Source: Squalus acanthias
Lineage: Eukaryota
Length of the DNA: 64,000 nucleotides
Assembly: GCA_030390025.1 (NCBI GenBank)
Contig: CM059432.1
Coordinates: forward strand, 14,634,001 to 14,698,000
Reading direction: 5' to 3'
Positions within the stretch are counted from its first letter, which is position 1. Every line of letters starts with the position of its first letter. Made by a program: the position numbers and the translations under genes. This document shows, one piece after another, positions 62,975 through 64,000 of this stretch. The notes beneath the pieces are model-generated. The model searched no databases and was not told where the DNA came from. It saw nothing but the letters and a program-made list of their open reading frames with translations.

Positions 62975-63715
62975 AACAGCCTGACATAGTCATACGCACA
63001 GAATCATACCTTTCAGCTAATGTCCCAAACTCCTCCATCACCATCCCTGGGTATGTCCTGTCCCACCGGCAGGGGTGGTGGCACAGTGGTATACAGTCGG
63101 GAAGGAGTGGCCCTGGGAGTCCTCAACATTGACTCCGGACCCCATGAAGTCTCATGGCTTCAGGTCAAGCATGGGCAAGGAAACCTCCTGCTGATTACCA
63201 CCTACCGCCCTCCCTCAGCTGATGAATCAGTACTCCTCCATGTTGAACACCATTTGGAAGAAGCACTGAGAGGAGCAAGGGCACAGAATGTACTCTGGGT
63301 GGGGGACTTCAATGTCCATCACCAAGAGTGGCTCGGTAGCACCACTACTGACCGAGCTGGCCGAGTCCTGAAGGACATGACTGCCAGTCTGGGCCTGCGA
63401 CAGGTGGTGAGTGAACCAACATGAGGGAAAAACCTACTTGACCTTGTCCTCACCAATCTACCTGTCGCAGATGCATCTGTCCATGACAGTATTGGCAGCA
63501 GTAACCACCACACAGTCATTGTGGAGACGAAGTCCCGACTTCACACTGAGGACACCCTCCATCGTGTTGTGTGGCACTACCACCGTGCTAAATGGTATAG
63601 ATTCAGAACAGATCTAGCAGCTCAAAACTGGCCATCCATGAGGCGCTGTGGGCCATCAGCAGCAGCAGAATTGTATTCCACCACAATCTGTAACCTCATG
63701 GCCCGGCATATCCCT
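62975..63715 (+). mobile_element. LINE fragment with APE endonuclease (CR1 group, probably the same family as 39100-39810)
   Basis: PDIVI.TESYL, GGGTVVYS, TTYRPPS, WVGDFNVHH, LDLVLTN. Confidence 0.85.
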
Positions 63716-64000
63716 GTAAGGTTTCCAAAATTTACAGATCCCCAAAACCTAAGGAAAAAGGACTTTGGAACTACCTCAGAGTGATAATATTGTATTTGAG
63801 CCTAACCTAAGAGACTGTAAGACCAAAAACCAAGTTTTGGCATTTTAAATCTATGTCTGGGCCTGTAAAGGAACAAGAGGTGGGTTCAACCTCTGTAAAA
63901 GCAGTTTTGGGTATTGCAGTTAATTGCAATGTCTGGGGAACTGGGATGATCCTCACTCAAAGCCCCAGCAGGCATTAACATTTTGACAATAGACGCTAGG

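Overview
Vertebrate genomic DNA, most likely from a cartilaginous fish (shark). This is inferred from the SacSINE1-like DeuSINEs and the dense CR1/L2/Penelope-like repeat content. The only host gene I can support is the 3' part of a receptor tyrosine phosphatase mu gene (PTPRM) on the minus strand. Ten GT-AG coding exons between 62112 and 33860 encode the end of catalytic domain D1, all of D2 and the stop codon. Everything else is introns, 3' flank and intergenic DNA packed with often nested mobile elements: a near-full-length CR1 LINE with an esterase ORF1, many CR1 and L2 fragments, tRNA-headed DeuSINEs, a full-length Tigger/pogo transposon, two solo LTRs, several PIF/Harbinger-type MITEs with 3-bp TSDs, and a hAT MITE. 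There is also a young Penelope-like element (uninterrupted RT + GIY-YIG ORF) whose 3' end carries a minimal hammerhead ribozyme motif. The most striking object is a 241-bp non-coding insertion at 24536-24776 with a 13-bp TSD. It is a near-perfect 205-bp palindrome built from two head-to-head copies of that hammerhead-bearing end, so it has a hammerhead motif on each strand. Family names and human-protein comparisons are from memory, not database searches.
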